A stretch of DNA of 55,692 nt, counting the filler, from Catajapyx aquilonaris (lineage: Eukaryota): NCBI GenBank assembly GCA_000934665.2. It is 2 parts of 2 records of this genome, joined end to end, with 100 filler letters (N's around TTAATTAATTAA, not from the genome) between each part and the next. Parts side by side here need not be neighbours in the genome. Positions count along the whole stretch, not along the records: positions 27,876 to 55,692 come from JYFJ02005007.1; 1 more part is not named here. One strand, written 5' to 3'. Positions within the stretch are counted from its first letter, which is position 1; each line of letters starts with the position of its first letter. Position numbers and translations under genes: made by a program. The notes under the pieces were generated by a model. It searched no databases and was not told where the DNA came from. It saw only the letters and a program-made list of their open reading frames with translations. Of the stretch, positions 36,346 to 49,039 are shown piece by piece.

Positions 36346-38010
36346 GACAAGAAAATGTTGGACGCTGAAAGAGTTACAAACACTGACGAAATGCGTTACA
36401 TCTGTCATATTTCATCAAGGTGATTGCTGATGGGTTTGACCTCAACCGAATAGGGAAAAAGGTTCTAGTTGAATAAGTGCAGCATGTAACTGAATTGCTC
36501 AATTATGAGTTAATTGTACAAAAAAATGCAGGGTGAATGTAAAAACTGTAGTCCCAAGGTCACGGAGGAAAGGCGATCAACTTTGCACATGAATAATATT
36601 GTGTATGAATTATTTTTGCAGCCATACAAAAATTAAGTCGACGGAACGAATTAGGGGAATAATTTAGATTAAGTATTAAGATGTATGACTTGGTAGATTG
36701 TTGAAACTTTATATTATAATATATGAGTAGCCTAGTAAGTCGAATTTAACTTTTCATTGTGGTAGGGCATGTTCTTGTATTGATCATGTTTCTTGCTCAT
36801 GGTAGGACTCATCATGATAATAGGAAGAAAATGTGACGTTGCCTATGTTAGCGCACTTATAAAAAATATAAAACATCACAATTGTGGCATTTTGACTTCC
36901 AAGCAATCGCAGTAAGTGCATCGTACAGTGGACCTACACTCTTACCTATAAGAAGACGAATATACAGTAGTTTTACGCGTACTATTTCGTGGCGATGCAC
37001 TTTATTGCATTACAGATAATTCCCCTCAATTCTATAGTTCTTGGGCAAACTCGTGCAATAAAAAGTTCTAACTTGACTTTTGCACGATTACAATCCGGTA
37101 ACTTGTAAAAGTACAAAATTAGTGCACACTGTATGTCCCTATTTTCATACAACACCATTGAGAAAGTTTGGCGGGTTGCCTGACGGGCAGAACGAGCCCT
37201 ATCGCCAGCTCGCACTGCAAATGACAACAATAAAAAGCTATACACAATTTCGTTTTATAAAATCGTCTCCGAAATATCAAATCCGAGAGAAAATGAATAT
37301 ACGTACCATTCGTGCCGCACTATCAGAGCTCATGCATTACGTAAACCAGCGTTTTGTGATACTGATCAAATACCATGCGAAACAGGCTCATTTGTCATAA
37401 TTGCAGTGCAATTAGAATAACTATGAGAAAGTAACTGTCTCATAGTAGTTATTCTAATTACACTGGACTGCACTGTTTTCAAATGCAGAAAACTTCGATC
37501 GTGTGATTGCATCTAACCATGGTGCATCTCCAGTAAACGTGATCAGTATTACCAAACCCTGGCTTACATAACGCGTAAGTTCTGATTAGGTGTGACGAAA
37601 TGTGCACACACTTCCTCCCAGATTTAAGATTTCTGCAAATTTCTTATAAGGCGAAATTGTCCTATAGTTTATTTAGGCGATTTCGGCTTCATTGCGAAGT
37701 TAATAGCTTCGTAAGTAGTTTGGAATCGCAATACAGGCTGGTGTTAGGGCTCGTCTTGCGCGTCTTGAGAAATTGGTAAAAAATTATTTTATTAATCAGA
37801 TCTAAGATCATAATCTAATCTTCGAACCCTCATAACTCGAAATCAGTCGATGCTTCTCTGATCGTTCTGCAGTTCAGGTATAAATAGGCGGCTGCAAAGG
37901 GCAGCAGATGCATAAAATAATCTTACACAATACATATTTATCATCCATGAAGTTGTTTTTTTTTGCATTTTATGAACAATAATGTACTTAGTCATTTTCA
38001 TGTATGTGAT

Positions 38011-40663
38011 CTATTTTTTGATACATTTTGACGTATCATTCTTGTTATCATCTGTCCCATCGTCGCAACTCTCCTTCTGTAAGGAGATAAATGGTTTCAT
38101 CGCAAACAGTTTGCACACCTTCGATTCTGCATCATTTACGAGAGAGTAACTCACCGGCTGAATTGCTCCTACTCTGAAGCAAGAGTACTTGTCCACATAT
38201 GAAGACAGGTTGGGCAAGTCCTGTAAATACACACAGTAACACGTTGTACAAGCACACTCTACAGAAGTTTGAAACTTGAAATGCCTTTTGATGGCTTTTA
38301 TCCCCCTGAGCCCCAGCTATACCCGCCAACGCAGTGCCTAGTTTTCCTATTACGAGTACTCTGAACATACGTACAAGATATTTTACCCAAAAGAAAAGCT
38401 ACACTTGCCCGATCAGGGAAAACACTAGGCCTATATGAATGTGTCTGGAACCATTTTCCTCGTCTAGAAGTCTCTAAATTATTTTCCAAAAAATATCGCT
38501 GTAAAACTCGAAATTAGAGTACTTCCGGCCAACTACTTGCCTGATTTAACTATGAAATGCGTTAAAATACACGGAATAACAATAGTGCCAGACGAATTTG
38601 CTGAAATCGTCGTATACTTTGCGAGATATAAAATATTTCTGATCTGCCCCTTTCCTGTTACTTCGGAAATCTCCCTAATTCAGTTTTGGGTCGCGAAATA
38701 CGACGATTTCAGCAATTTCGTCTGGCACTACATTCTCAAGGTTAATATTCCGTATTTATTTTAATGTATTTCATAATTAAACAGCCTAACAGTTGGCCGG
38801 CAGTCCTCGAATTTCGAGTTTTTTGAAAGTGAATTTAGGAACTTCGAGAGGAGGAAAATGGCTCCAAACACATTCATAGCATTTTCAAGGAACATGTAAG
38901 TATAGCTGTTATTATTGGTAAAATATATATTCTTTAAATCTTCAGAGTACATGTAAATTTAACAGAAACGAAAATCTAGGCGATGGAGGTATAGCTTGGG
39001 GCTCAAGGGGTTAATGGCAACATACCTTGGGGCGTGACTTTCCATATGACTGCAGGTAGAAATTGAGGAATAAAAAGAATACGATAGGAGCCCAAACGAG
39101 CATCCAAAATTTGGGGAACCACGGGTAATCACACTCGATGAAAAGAAGCTGACTCTGATGCACCGCCAGCATGACGAACTGGATCTATTTAAGAAGATAA
39201 TGAGGTTTTGAATTACGCTGGATGTAGCATGCCATCTGCTGCGCGTCGGTTTCAATTAGTGACATGTTATGCACTAAATTTGTCATTATTAAGGAGTGAC
39301 AGAGGCCATGAAAAACATTATTATTTTCTGATATTAGCTTAAGTGCTGAAGACTTCATGTAAATCATGAATTGCAAGGAGTTTATGAGCGAATAGTTATA
39401 CTCGTAGTATTGGATCACTGGAATTATTTTGAGTCAAAAGTATATACCAGCAACCCATTATTTTGCTGTGTAGAACATCCCACATTTCTTGAAGAAGTTT
39501 CGTCTATTCCACAAAATGTTTAATAATGCAATACGTACGAGAGGTTCTAAAAGAAGCTGATTGATATTTTTAAGTGAATCGCATACTTGGTCGTTGTTGA
39601 AGCTAATCATGAAACTGACATGATATGCTGTCTCACCATCTGAACTGTGGTCAGGTACTTCTTCCACCAGAGGTACTTGTGGTATCCCAGGCCAGCCAGG
39701 AGGTAATAGGAGTACATCAGCACGTGAACAAACGAGTTGCAGAGACAGAGGAATGACGTGTGTCCACCTGAAATGTGGGAGTATAATATATTCCTATTCG
39801 GTTAAAGTAATAACTTTGAAGAGGTAAGCCTCATACCTGCAACAAATTTCAGTCCGTACCACACACCAAAAGGCATCCCGGCATGGTGACCTAAGTGAAG
39901 AAAAGTGATCTGGTCGTACTTTTTCCTAAGCGCGAAGAACACCTAAAAACAACAAGTGTTTTGATAGCTACACGTACAATTATTATTATTATTAATTGGG
40001 CATTTTAGTGTTCCTTACAGTGTCGGACCAGTCGATCATCTTGGAAATGTAGAACAGCCAGGAAGCTTGAACCATCTGCAACAGATACACTTATAGTTAC
40101 GCTCAGAAGTTTGCAAACATATTAGTAACTTACGGCCATGGCCTGTGGACTTCTGGAGTAGTCCACTGGCTGGCAAATGAAGCTGTAGGAAGTGAACCAG
40201 CCTCCCTTGATGCACTATACATTGAGAAATGTAAGAAACAGCATTGAGAAATGTGTGATTCATTTACATCACATGGTTGGATCAACTACGATACTGTCAC
40301 TTGTCACTTACCAGAGCGATTATCCAGGCGTTAAGCATCACTTGGAAGGCATTATACACGGTCACTAATTTAGTGAGCTTCATTGGTGGTCTACCCACCA
40401 TTAGTCTCGGAATTATATGACACACTAGAAAGACGTATCCAAGGCTGGCTACCACAAGTGTGTACATGTGACCAGTCAATGGAAGCTCCATCACTCGGGG
40501 ATCTGAAATTAATTGATAATAATTAATAGACGTATTGTTCAAATAGATATACTGAACAATGCAGTACGGCACCTTCATCGTCGTAAAAGACGTGGTTGTA
40601 CATTGGCTTTACAAATGCCCCCAACGTTATACTCTCTGCAGACGTTGTCGTGTTAACAGCCAT
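38011..40663 (-). CDS. ELOVL: ELOVL very-long-chain fatty acid elongase copy C (315 aa, 9 exons, intact)
   Basis: Exons 40663-40573, 40502-40312, 40214-40134, 40075-40019, 39942-39837, 39767-39637, 39184-39026, 38220-38155, 38076-38011 (948 nt, open). His box FLHLGHH, GGHTSF, NSFVHVLMYSYY, LNFYLQSY; ends ...TSKCIKK*. Confidence 0.88.
38302..39010. mobile_element. piggyBac-like MITE in ELOVL copy C intron 7
   Basis: TTAT-CCCCCTGAGCCCCAGCTATACC ... GGTATAGCTTGGGGCTCAAGGGG-TTAA; the paralogous introns of copies B and E show the empty TTAA site (GGATTTTAATCGCGACATAC). Confidence 0.75.
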
Positions 40664-41614
40664 TGGTGATGTTGGATTTGACCAGCGGTAATTATATGGT
40701 TCTAGGGTAGATCACTTAGGCTGTGTGGGGAGTGCTTCCAAGAGTAATCAACGAATGATCATGCCACAGAAAGCATTCTAGTTGGACTGTACTGAGAGAG
40801 ATGGTTAAGTATGAAAGGATGCATGTTTTTATTTGGTGATCGGAAAGAACCTTTTGCAATCTGCATCGAGGGTAAATGATCCCATTTTGCAGAAGAAATA
40901 GTGAAAAAAATGAATGGTTATGATACTTATGAAGAAATGTTTCAATGTAGTGTAATACTGCGCTCGGGTAATTACACGTATCCTTGGTGAATTGAGAAAT
41001 ATTTGATCAGCGCATCACTACCAAACATGACGTAATGCATTAGCTCTGATAGTGTGGCACGAAATGTATGATACAGTATGCATTTTCTCTCGGATTTAAT
41101 ATTTTGGCGCATTTTAAAGCCGAAATTGTCCTAGTTTATTTAGGCGATTTTGGTTTCATTGCGAAGTTAATAGCTTTTTAAAGCCTTCCATTGCAATATA
41201 TACGCTGGCTATAGGGATCGTTCGGCGCGTCAGGCAACCCGCCAGACATACTACATGTCACTTGGCCTTCAAGAAAAACCCTATCACCAGAATATGTTAC
41301 GATCCAATACTTAGCAAGCGAGTATCTCCGCAATGAAGCCAAAATCACCAAAATGAACACCTTAAATCAAGGCTCAACTTCTCTCACAAATTAGTCAAGA
41401 GGCTTATAATTTATTATGAGAAAGGCATCACCCATCTTTCGAATCTTCCTGCTTGGATGTTAGATGGCTTCGTTGCGCAAAGGACGAGATTATGTGTATG
41501 GGGCTGTTATTCCAAGCAAACGAGATAATTTCACATCTTTCAGACGAATATTGGAATGAGAACGAAAGTGAAGAAATAATGTTAGTGATGGAAAAAACAA
41601 AATAGTTCGCTTAT

Positions 41615-41727
41615 ATTGACCTTGATCAATAGCTAGGTCAATGACATTGACCTAGCTATTGATCAAGGTCAATTGCAATAGCATGGAATTTCACCACATT
41701 GTGGTGAAATTCCATGCTATTGCAATT
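41615..41727. repeat. Two abutting perfect palindromes (29-bp and 28-bp stems, 1-nt loops)
   Basis: 41615-41673 ATTGACCTTGATCAATAGCTAGGTCAATG-A-CATTGACCTAGCTATTGATCAAGGTCAAT; 41671-41727 AATTGCAATAGCATGGAATTTCACCACA-T-TGTGGTGAAATTCCATGCTATTGCAATT. Confidence 0.95.
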
Positions 41728-42140
41728 TGCAAGGTATAAGTGTTGGACTGACAAGAGGTCATGGTAAGGTCAGAGGAAGGATCTTTGCATGAAATGGGTC
41801 TAATTTTAAAATAAAATCTACATGTCAGGCTCATCATTACTGATTTAGAATCACCAGACCTCATTCGATATTGTCACGTCCCTTCCTTCCACAAATCCTT
41901 CCGTCTTTTCAGGACTGGCCAACTTCAGAAGCCCAGTTCAGGCCTGGAAAGTGCTGGTTTATCCATACATAGTGTCCAAGTGGGAGGCCTTATTATTTTT
42001 ATCTCACTTCTGGTGATCACCTTCGCCGTTCTGAAATCTGGCCTCAGTGATGTGCACCAAGCTCTGTTGCGATCATGGAAGATAGTGTTTCGAATCGTGA
42101 TTGAGCAGCCTGCTCCTCTGCCTTCCATTCCAGCTTTTGG

Positions 42141-42416
42141 CACTATAGAAGTAGATATCCGAGTGTGGCTGCCAAAACGGTGTAGAACTGTAGAGTGTAG
42201 ACCTACATGTGACCAGTCAATGGCAGCTCCACTACACGGGGATCTGAAATTAATTATTAATAATGTAGCCTACAGTACAGATGTAAGTTATAGATATAAT
42301 GACCAATGATGCAGTACCTTCATCGTCGTAAAATACCTGGTTGTACCACTGCTACATGTAAGCCCCCAAAGCAATGTTGTTTTCTGCAGACGTCGCGTCG
42401 TCGTGTTTCCAGCCAT
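42141..42416 (-). pseudogene. ELOVL: ELOVL relic D (exon 1 plus 5' half of exon 2)
   Basis: ATG at 42416; a 5-nt CGTCG duplication frameshifts exon 1; TAG replaces a Lys codon; exon 2 is truncated at 42141; the upstream conserved block 42420-42900 is retained. Confidence 0.85.
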
Positions 42417-43890
42417 TGTCTTTTCCAATTGTCCTCTGCTATATTGATGGTACCAAGCTGGATATATGCGGAAAGCAGTTCACTGAAGCTGTGTAGGAAG
42501 TAATATTGTAAGTGTAATCAACCAGTGATCACGCCACAAAAACCACTTTGTTACACACTTCACTGGCATGTATTGTTTTAACGAGCCTGTTGTTTTGGTT
42601 TGATTCCCGGAAGAAAAACTCTGTTGGGTGTAGGATATAATCACGTACAGTACTATACAGTATGCGGTATGTAACGTATGTTGTAACCAGCAAAACTGGC
42701 AATATTTCGCATTTTGCTGAAAAACAATATAATTAGGATCGCCGTGAATAGGTTTTCCTGGGATAAAATCGCATGCAATTGAAAATAACCACCGTTCATT
42801 GAGCAATACTTATAAGCAACAGCAATAATTAGTTTGCCTTTTTATCGCAATAATAAGGGAACAGGCGACTACAGCTGTTCCCCGTCTCTTGTACTGTGGA
42901 TTTGGTGTGTTTATTGGACTTTCCAACCATTAAGGTTCCCAAGCCTAAACTACTAAAGCAATACACAAAATCAACTACAACAATAAATTAAAACATTGGT
43001 AATCAAGCGTCGAGCTTCCAGTCATCTAACAATCAGACCGCCAGTCATCCAGTCAACACACTATCAATCGTTCAGACATCACCTCCCATCACCAATCATC
43101 CAGTAATCAAGACACCATTGTCATCATCATCCAACCGACCACCAAGCCGTCAATCGTTTGTCCACCAGTCCAGACATCCATTCCTTCTACTACTTCTTCT
43201 CCTTCTCCGTCCAATCCCCCCCCCCCCCGAGGCGGAGGTGGGCTATATGTGGCCGTGGAGATGTTGAGACAACTGGTAAGAAGACCTGGTACCACCTGTC
43301 CTCCCCTGAGCCGTCCAAGCCTCCTGCCAGCCGATCAAGGTCTCTCTCCAACAGATCCGACCCTGCACAGTCCCCGGCCGCCGTTTCAGGGAGAAATATA
43401 TTGTCTTCCGGTGGTAATAATAATTCTTAAATAGTTTTGAATCGCAATATTAGCTGCCGATGTCTCATACTGGGAAGTCCGTATGATTCACCTTGTATTC
43501 TACCTGCGCATGTTTTCATTATGTAAAAGGTGATAATTATTTTCACAACATCTCCGATGGTGTCCCAATATTACTGTTGACGTGTGTTTCATGTTACATG
43601 TTACATGTTCATGTTTGTTGGGCATTTTGAAAGACGAATGATGGAAGAAAGAATAATAATAAGCATAATTCTACTGGCGCTGAGAAAGATCACGGCCAAT
43701 ATAGGGAAATGCCGCATATTTCATAGGCCTACACACTGACAAGTGAGATCAGAATCATCAGATGGAGGTCGAATAAGAGTGTATTGCTATGCTAATAAAA
43801 TGATTCATTGCATATTATAGTGTGTGCAAGGTACAATAGTTTTCCCATCCTTCCTCCATTACCTTCCTTTCATTTTATTTCTTCTGTTCA

Positions 43891-44802
43891 TGTCACGTGT
43901 GACTTTTGACTGGCCCGTCTCACGGACTCGGCTTGTAAAATGGAATTACTTCGTCGCTAGGATTTTTTTTTCTTGGAGAGTTGTCCTGGCCTTGCATGGC
44001 CAGTAAGTGGCGTCGCCTCAGAGGAGCTGGTGTGCTCTGTACTCGCTGGGTGACTAGCTATTTTTTGTAGCCTTCTCTTGGGCTATACGAGTGACAGGTA
44101 CTGTACTCGTACGTAAATTCTTGGGGAGTTGCTGTGGTACGGGTTGTTCCCGTTGCCTTCTCAGTAGTTTGAAGGTTCGGATGCCGTGGTAAAATTGTAC
44201 ACGGTCGTTTCCTTTGCCTTCCCTCCCCTTCCCCTTTTTATTGGGGACGTGTCGCACTGTTTGACACTGTGGGCTGTAGATGCCTGTGTTCAACGACAGT
44301 GGTGAAGTTGGTCATTCGTCGTCAAGGACGCCAACGAGGAGTTGTCATCTCACCGGAGTGATTACTCAACTCTGAAGAGCCGGATCTGGATCTTCTACTG
44401 AACATATGTGTATAATGGTGCGTGTTGTTTAATTGCGCCAGTGCATACTCTTTTTTTTGGGCCTGCGCTTCTTTGTGGCTCCGTGATATTGGAGCGTGAA
44501 GCGGGCATTGAAAGTGAAAGTGAGTGTGGAGTGTTATTTCCATGAGTGCCAAGTGTGTTGGTTGAGACTCTGGTTGTAAACGTGATTGAGGTGTTTTGTT
44601 CAGGATTGTTATGTTTGTTAATCTGACCTACCTAGCCGTCCGTTCTCCACATCCCAATATTATTGTGAACCTATATTTGAGTGGACTTGGTCCTATCTTT
44701 TCCTGAACAGTTGTTTATTTTTGAGAATAAATTCTCTCTTTAATTTGCACCTTAGTACGTCACTCTCTGCTTTTGGGGCCTCGTGAATTTGACCTCGTGA
44801 CA
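43891..44802 (+). mobile_element. Solo LTR (912 bp) with 5-bp TSD
   Basis: TGTCACG...CGTGACA termini; GTTCA TSD at 43886-43890 and 44803-44807; AATAAA near 44725; empty site CTTCTGTTCA|GCAGTAAAAATG at ~33351-33372. Confidence 0.85.
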
Positions 44803-45116
44803 GTTCAGCAGCAAAAATGTGTTGATTGCAATTCTAATAGTGTAGTCTTATTGCATTACTTTGTTAGCCTCTGTCCTAGTTGCTTCGTATTAGATTTTGA
44901 TGTATCATTCTTCTTGCCATCTTTCCCAACGTCGCAATTGTCCATCTGTAACTATAAAAGGTTAAGGACATTATTATAGGAAGTCTCAATAAAGAAGGAA
45001 GAGGGATGTAATCCCAAACACTATTAGATATTTATATTAATATACAGTATTTATGTAGTTTTCATTTGTTTGCATGTGATCTAGTGCTTGATAATATGAA
45101 ATTTTGACATATCATT

Positions 45117-46816
45117 CTAGTTGTTATCGATCCCGCCGTCGGAATTGTCCTTCTGGAAGGAGGCAAATGGCGAGTTCAGGTTACATCTCAAACATTTTGC
45201 ACCACATCACATTTGCATGCAGAATTTCTTAAACTGACCATAACAACTGACCTGCTGAATTGCTCTAACTGGGAAACAAACGTACTGGTCCATGTATGAA
45301 GACGGGACCTGGGCCTGTAAAGACATACAGTGAGTCGTTGTATACTGTACAGGCGAGTGAAACTTGAAATGTGTTTTGATGGATTTTAATCGCGACATAC
45401 CTTGGTGCGTGACATTCCGTATGACTGGTGATAAAAATCGAGAAAGAAAATAAATATAGCGGGTGCCGCAAGCAGACCCCAAAATTGGGGGTACCTCGGA
45501 TGATCGCATTCGATGAAAAGAAGCTGACCCTGATGCACACCCAGCAAGACAAACTGGACCTTTTTATTAAATAATGAAAATAATTAAATTAAATATTATT
45601 GTAGCCTTACCAACTGCCAATTTTGCCATATTTCGCTCTGTTCATTGCTAATAAGGCTTTACTGTCAGCAGCCAACAATTACACGTAATTAATTACATTA
45701 TTTTTCTTAGCGGATTATTAGGTTGAGGGGAATCCTACATTCAGGTACAAATTGCAATGAATTATCGAGCTATTTCTGATGTGATTTGGCCTCACCATCT
45801 GGACTGTGGTCAGGTACTTCTTCCACCAGAGGTACTTGTGGTATCCCAGGCCAGCCAGGAGGTAATACGAGTACATCAGCGCGTGAACAAACGAGTTCAA
45901 AATGCAGATCAATGTGGAGTGCCCACCTGAAATGAGACGGTAATGACTATCTGGCCGAAATATTAGCATACTTTAAAAATTAATGAGCCTCATACCTGCA
46001 ATAAATTTCAACCCGTACCACGTAGCAAAAGGCATGCCTGCATGGTGGATCACGTGAAGAAAAGTGATCTGGTCGTACTTTTTCCTAAGCGCGAAGAACA
46101 CCTGAAATGGACGAGGTATTTTGATAGCTCCTCGTACAATGATTAATTGGGCATTGTTGTGTTCCTTATACCGTGTCGCACCAGTCGATCAGCTTGGAAA
46201 TGTAGAACAGCCAGCAAGCTTGAACCATCTGCAACAGATACACTTATAGTTACGCTGAGAAGTTTGCAAGCAATATATTAGTAACTAACCGCCATGGCCT
46301 GTGGACTTCTGGAGTAGTCCACTGGCTGGCAAATGAAGCTGTAGGAAGTGAACCAGCCTCCCTTGATGCACTACATGGAATCAAAGCATATACAGATAGA
46401 AATATTAAGTTTAAAAAATAATATCATACGCTACGTTAATGTCACTTGCCACTTACCAGAGCGATTATCCAGGCGTTGAAGATCACTTGGAAGGCGTTAT
46501 ACGCGGTCACTAATTTAGTGAGTTTCATTGGTGGTCTACCCGTCATTAGTCTCGGAAGTATATAAGACACTAGAAAGACGTATCCAAAGCTGGCTGCCAC
46601 AAGTGTGTACATGTGACCAGTCAATGGAAGCTCCATCACTCGAGGATCTGAAATTAATTAATTATGAACAGTACAGATGTAAGTTATTGTAATAACAGAT
46701 GTAATGAACAATGATGCAGTACCTTCATCGGCGTAAAATATGTGGTTGTACCATTGCTTCGTGTAAGCCCCCAGAGCAATGTTGTTTTCTGCAGACGTCG
46801 TCGTCTTACCAGCCAT
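45117..46816 (-). CDS. ELOVL: ELOVL elongase copy E (305 aa, 9 exons; last 12 codons lost to an AAG>TAG change)
   Basis: Exons 46816-46723, 46647-46457, 46370-46290, 46228-46172, 46101-45996, 45926-45796, 45559-45401, 45314-45252, 45152-45117. FLHVIHH, GGHSTL, NSFVHALMYSYY intact; the ancestral stop is still present at 45083-45081. Confidence 0.85.
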
Positions 46817-47570
46817 TGTCTTTTCCACTTCTCCTGTGCTAATTATTACGGTTCCAGGCTGGCTATATGCGGAAAGCAGTTCACTTGAAGCTGTGTAGGA
46901 AGTAATATTCTAGGTGTAATCAACCAATGATCATGCTGCCACACAAACCACTGAGTTACACACTTCACTGGCATGTGTGCTTAAAGAGCTCGTATTCTTT
47001 TATTTGGTTGCCGGAAGAGAAACCCTGGGTGTAGGATATAATCACTCACGATATACGGCATGTAACGTATGTTGTAACCAGCAACGCTGGCAATATTTCA
47101 CATTTTGCAGAAAAACGATATAATTACTGTATCTTATTCGACCTCCATCTGACCTTGAGAATAGCAATGCAATATAGTCGGCATTTCCCCATAATTATTT
47201 GGTTGTAAAGTTAGCTCTAGCTGTCCAAGTGAGCCTACCGATTGTTTGCACAACAATAGAAGGCATTTAATTGTTTCCCCCTCTCCAAACAATCCCGTCC
47301 CATTTCCATGACGCCTTCCCCCACTTCCCGCCCTACGTTCGAACCTGATAGACTCGCATTATAGCCCTGTTATCTCTCACGCAACAATCATAGCCCATGG
47401 CGACGACCACAAGAAACTTGTGCATGCAGCATAGGAGGATAGGACATGTCGTTTGTTTTAATAAGTTGCTTATTCGCCGTAAAAGGAACTGATTAAAATT
47501 GCTAATTGAATCGCACACTTGGTATATAGTTGTAAAAGGTAATCATCCTGAGATGATATGACTGTCTCAC

Positions 47571-47662
47571 CATCTGGACTGTGATCAGTTACTTCTTCCC
47601 AGGCCACACAGGAGATAATACGAGATGCGAATTCATGAGCACGTGAAAAAACGAGTTCAAAA
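47571..47662 (-). pseudogene. ELOVL exon-6 relic F
   Basis: Degenerate match to TTGAACTCGTTTGTTCACGTGCTGATG...GAAGAAGTACCTGACCACAGTCCAGATG|GTGAGA with deletions. Confidence 0.7.
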
Positions 47663-48065
47663 TACTCAGCTTTCATAACACCCTGTGTTTTATTATGTAA
47701 CAAGACGATATACACATATGTGCAAAACTGGTCAATGTCTCATGCATTATGCTAGAAGCAATCCGGATAATGTTGCGTAATTTGCAGATGAAACACGGGT
47801 TGAGAATGGCCGCGTAGAAATTATCTGGTGGTGACGTAACTTCGTAGTGTCTTGACCTTGATCAGTATGATGAAATCACAAGTATTTTAATTGATATTAT
47901 TATTGTCCTAGGAGGCCTAATAAGAGCCCATACAGTAAGGCGAGAGTTGGCGCAGTTGTACCATGGAACCGCCCTGGAAATATTGCGCATTTGGCATAAA
48001 AACGATATAATTATGATACATTGTAAATAATCCATCGTGTATTGAGTATTAACCAATAACAAGAA

Positions 48066-48724
48066 CATTTGGTCCATAACCTGGTCCAATAAAAATTTGA
48101 AAAGGAATGCATGAAATGGCGGACCCGGATGCATTACTTTCGAATTCTCACATTGGTACCATCGCATTTGTTTCCATTTTTACTTTAAAATAATTTTTTG
48201 GTGCGAAAGGACGTGAACGAAAGGATGTGTCATGTTGATTAATTTACCAAGGTAGGACTGTTTACTGTCCTTTCCCACCAAAAAATTATTTTAAAGTAAA
48301 AATGGAGACAAATGTGATGGTACCAATTCGAAAGTAATGCATCCGGGTCCGCCATTTCATGCATTCCTTTCCAAATTTTTATTGGACCAGGTTATGGACC
48401 AATGCGAAAAATAAGGTCAGGAGTGAGTTCACAACATTTGCATGAAGGGGAACTCATGGAAAAGGGTCATAAAAACCTTATCTGACGCAGAATATGACTA
48501 GGGGTCCTCCAAGGCAACAAGCAAAATAAACGCAAAACAGATAGGATGTTTAGATGAGTCACAGAGGCGATGTTATTAATGGAATTGCGAGAGCGAAGGT
48601 GCTCAGATGTTCTCAAGATTATGCTTCCAAAGGCAGTGTACATTAGAACTGCTTGTGGACTTTTAAAAGATGTGAAAAGTAGGGTTTAAAAACCTGGGGG
48701 GTCCGAAACTTTCCGTCCACCCTG
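48066..48724. mobile_element. Partial Tc1/mariner-type non-autonomous element containing a ~140-bp-arm foldback
   Basis: Inverted arms ~48066-48212 and ~48267-48404; right end ...TTTCCGTCCACCCTG|TA (TACAGGGTG-type TIR); the flank CCTGATGACTTATGC follows a TA in the paralogous block at ~52735. Confidence 0.55.
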
Positions 48725-49039
48725 TACCTGATGACTTATGCTTTTGCAAATCGGATTATTTCAGATCATAACACTAGTTAATGGGGAAGTCTCAATCAAA
48801 ACAGGAAAAAGGAGCATCGCTAATAATGTTCATGAGTAGCCGTGGCCCGTGGGGCTCCTTTCCCTACCAAAGACCACAATAGTAGCCTACTGTTCAAGAT
48901 AATTTTTTAAAATGAATCAAATTGTAAGTGACATAAATGTGACTATATATACCCAACTGCATCATAAAGGAGTGGAAGTGGGAACATCCTTATTAAACAC
49001 TATTAAATGTTCAGATCATTTACGCAACCAAATAACTCT

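Larger units (their letters stand above)
41413..47130. repeat. Segmental duplication unit B (paralogue of 27980-35860)
   Basis: Colinear with unit A; lacks the equivalent of 28669-31160 and the SINE; carries a solo LTR instead. Confidence 0.85.

Noticed and set aside
37100..37760. Degenerate inverted-repeat element related to 41030-41250, with a central hairpin at ~37404-37466
   Set aside because: Probably an old MITE, but termini and TSD could not be defined, so it is not called as a feature.
42905..43430. Insertion with CCAGTCATC-like repeats and short ORFs
   Set aside because: Likely a TE or LTR fragment, but no termini, TSD or coding motif could be supported.
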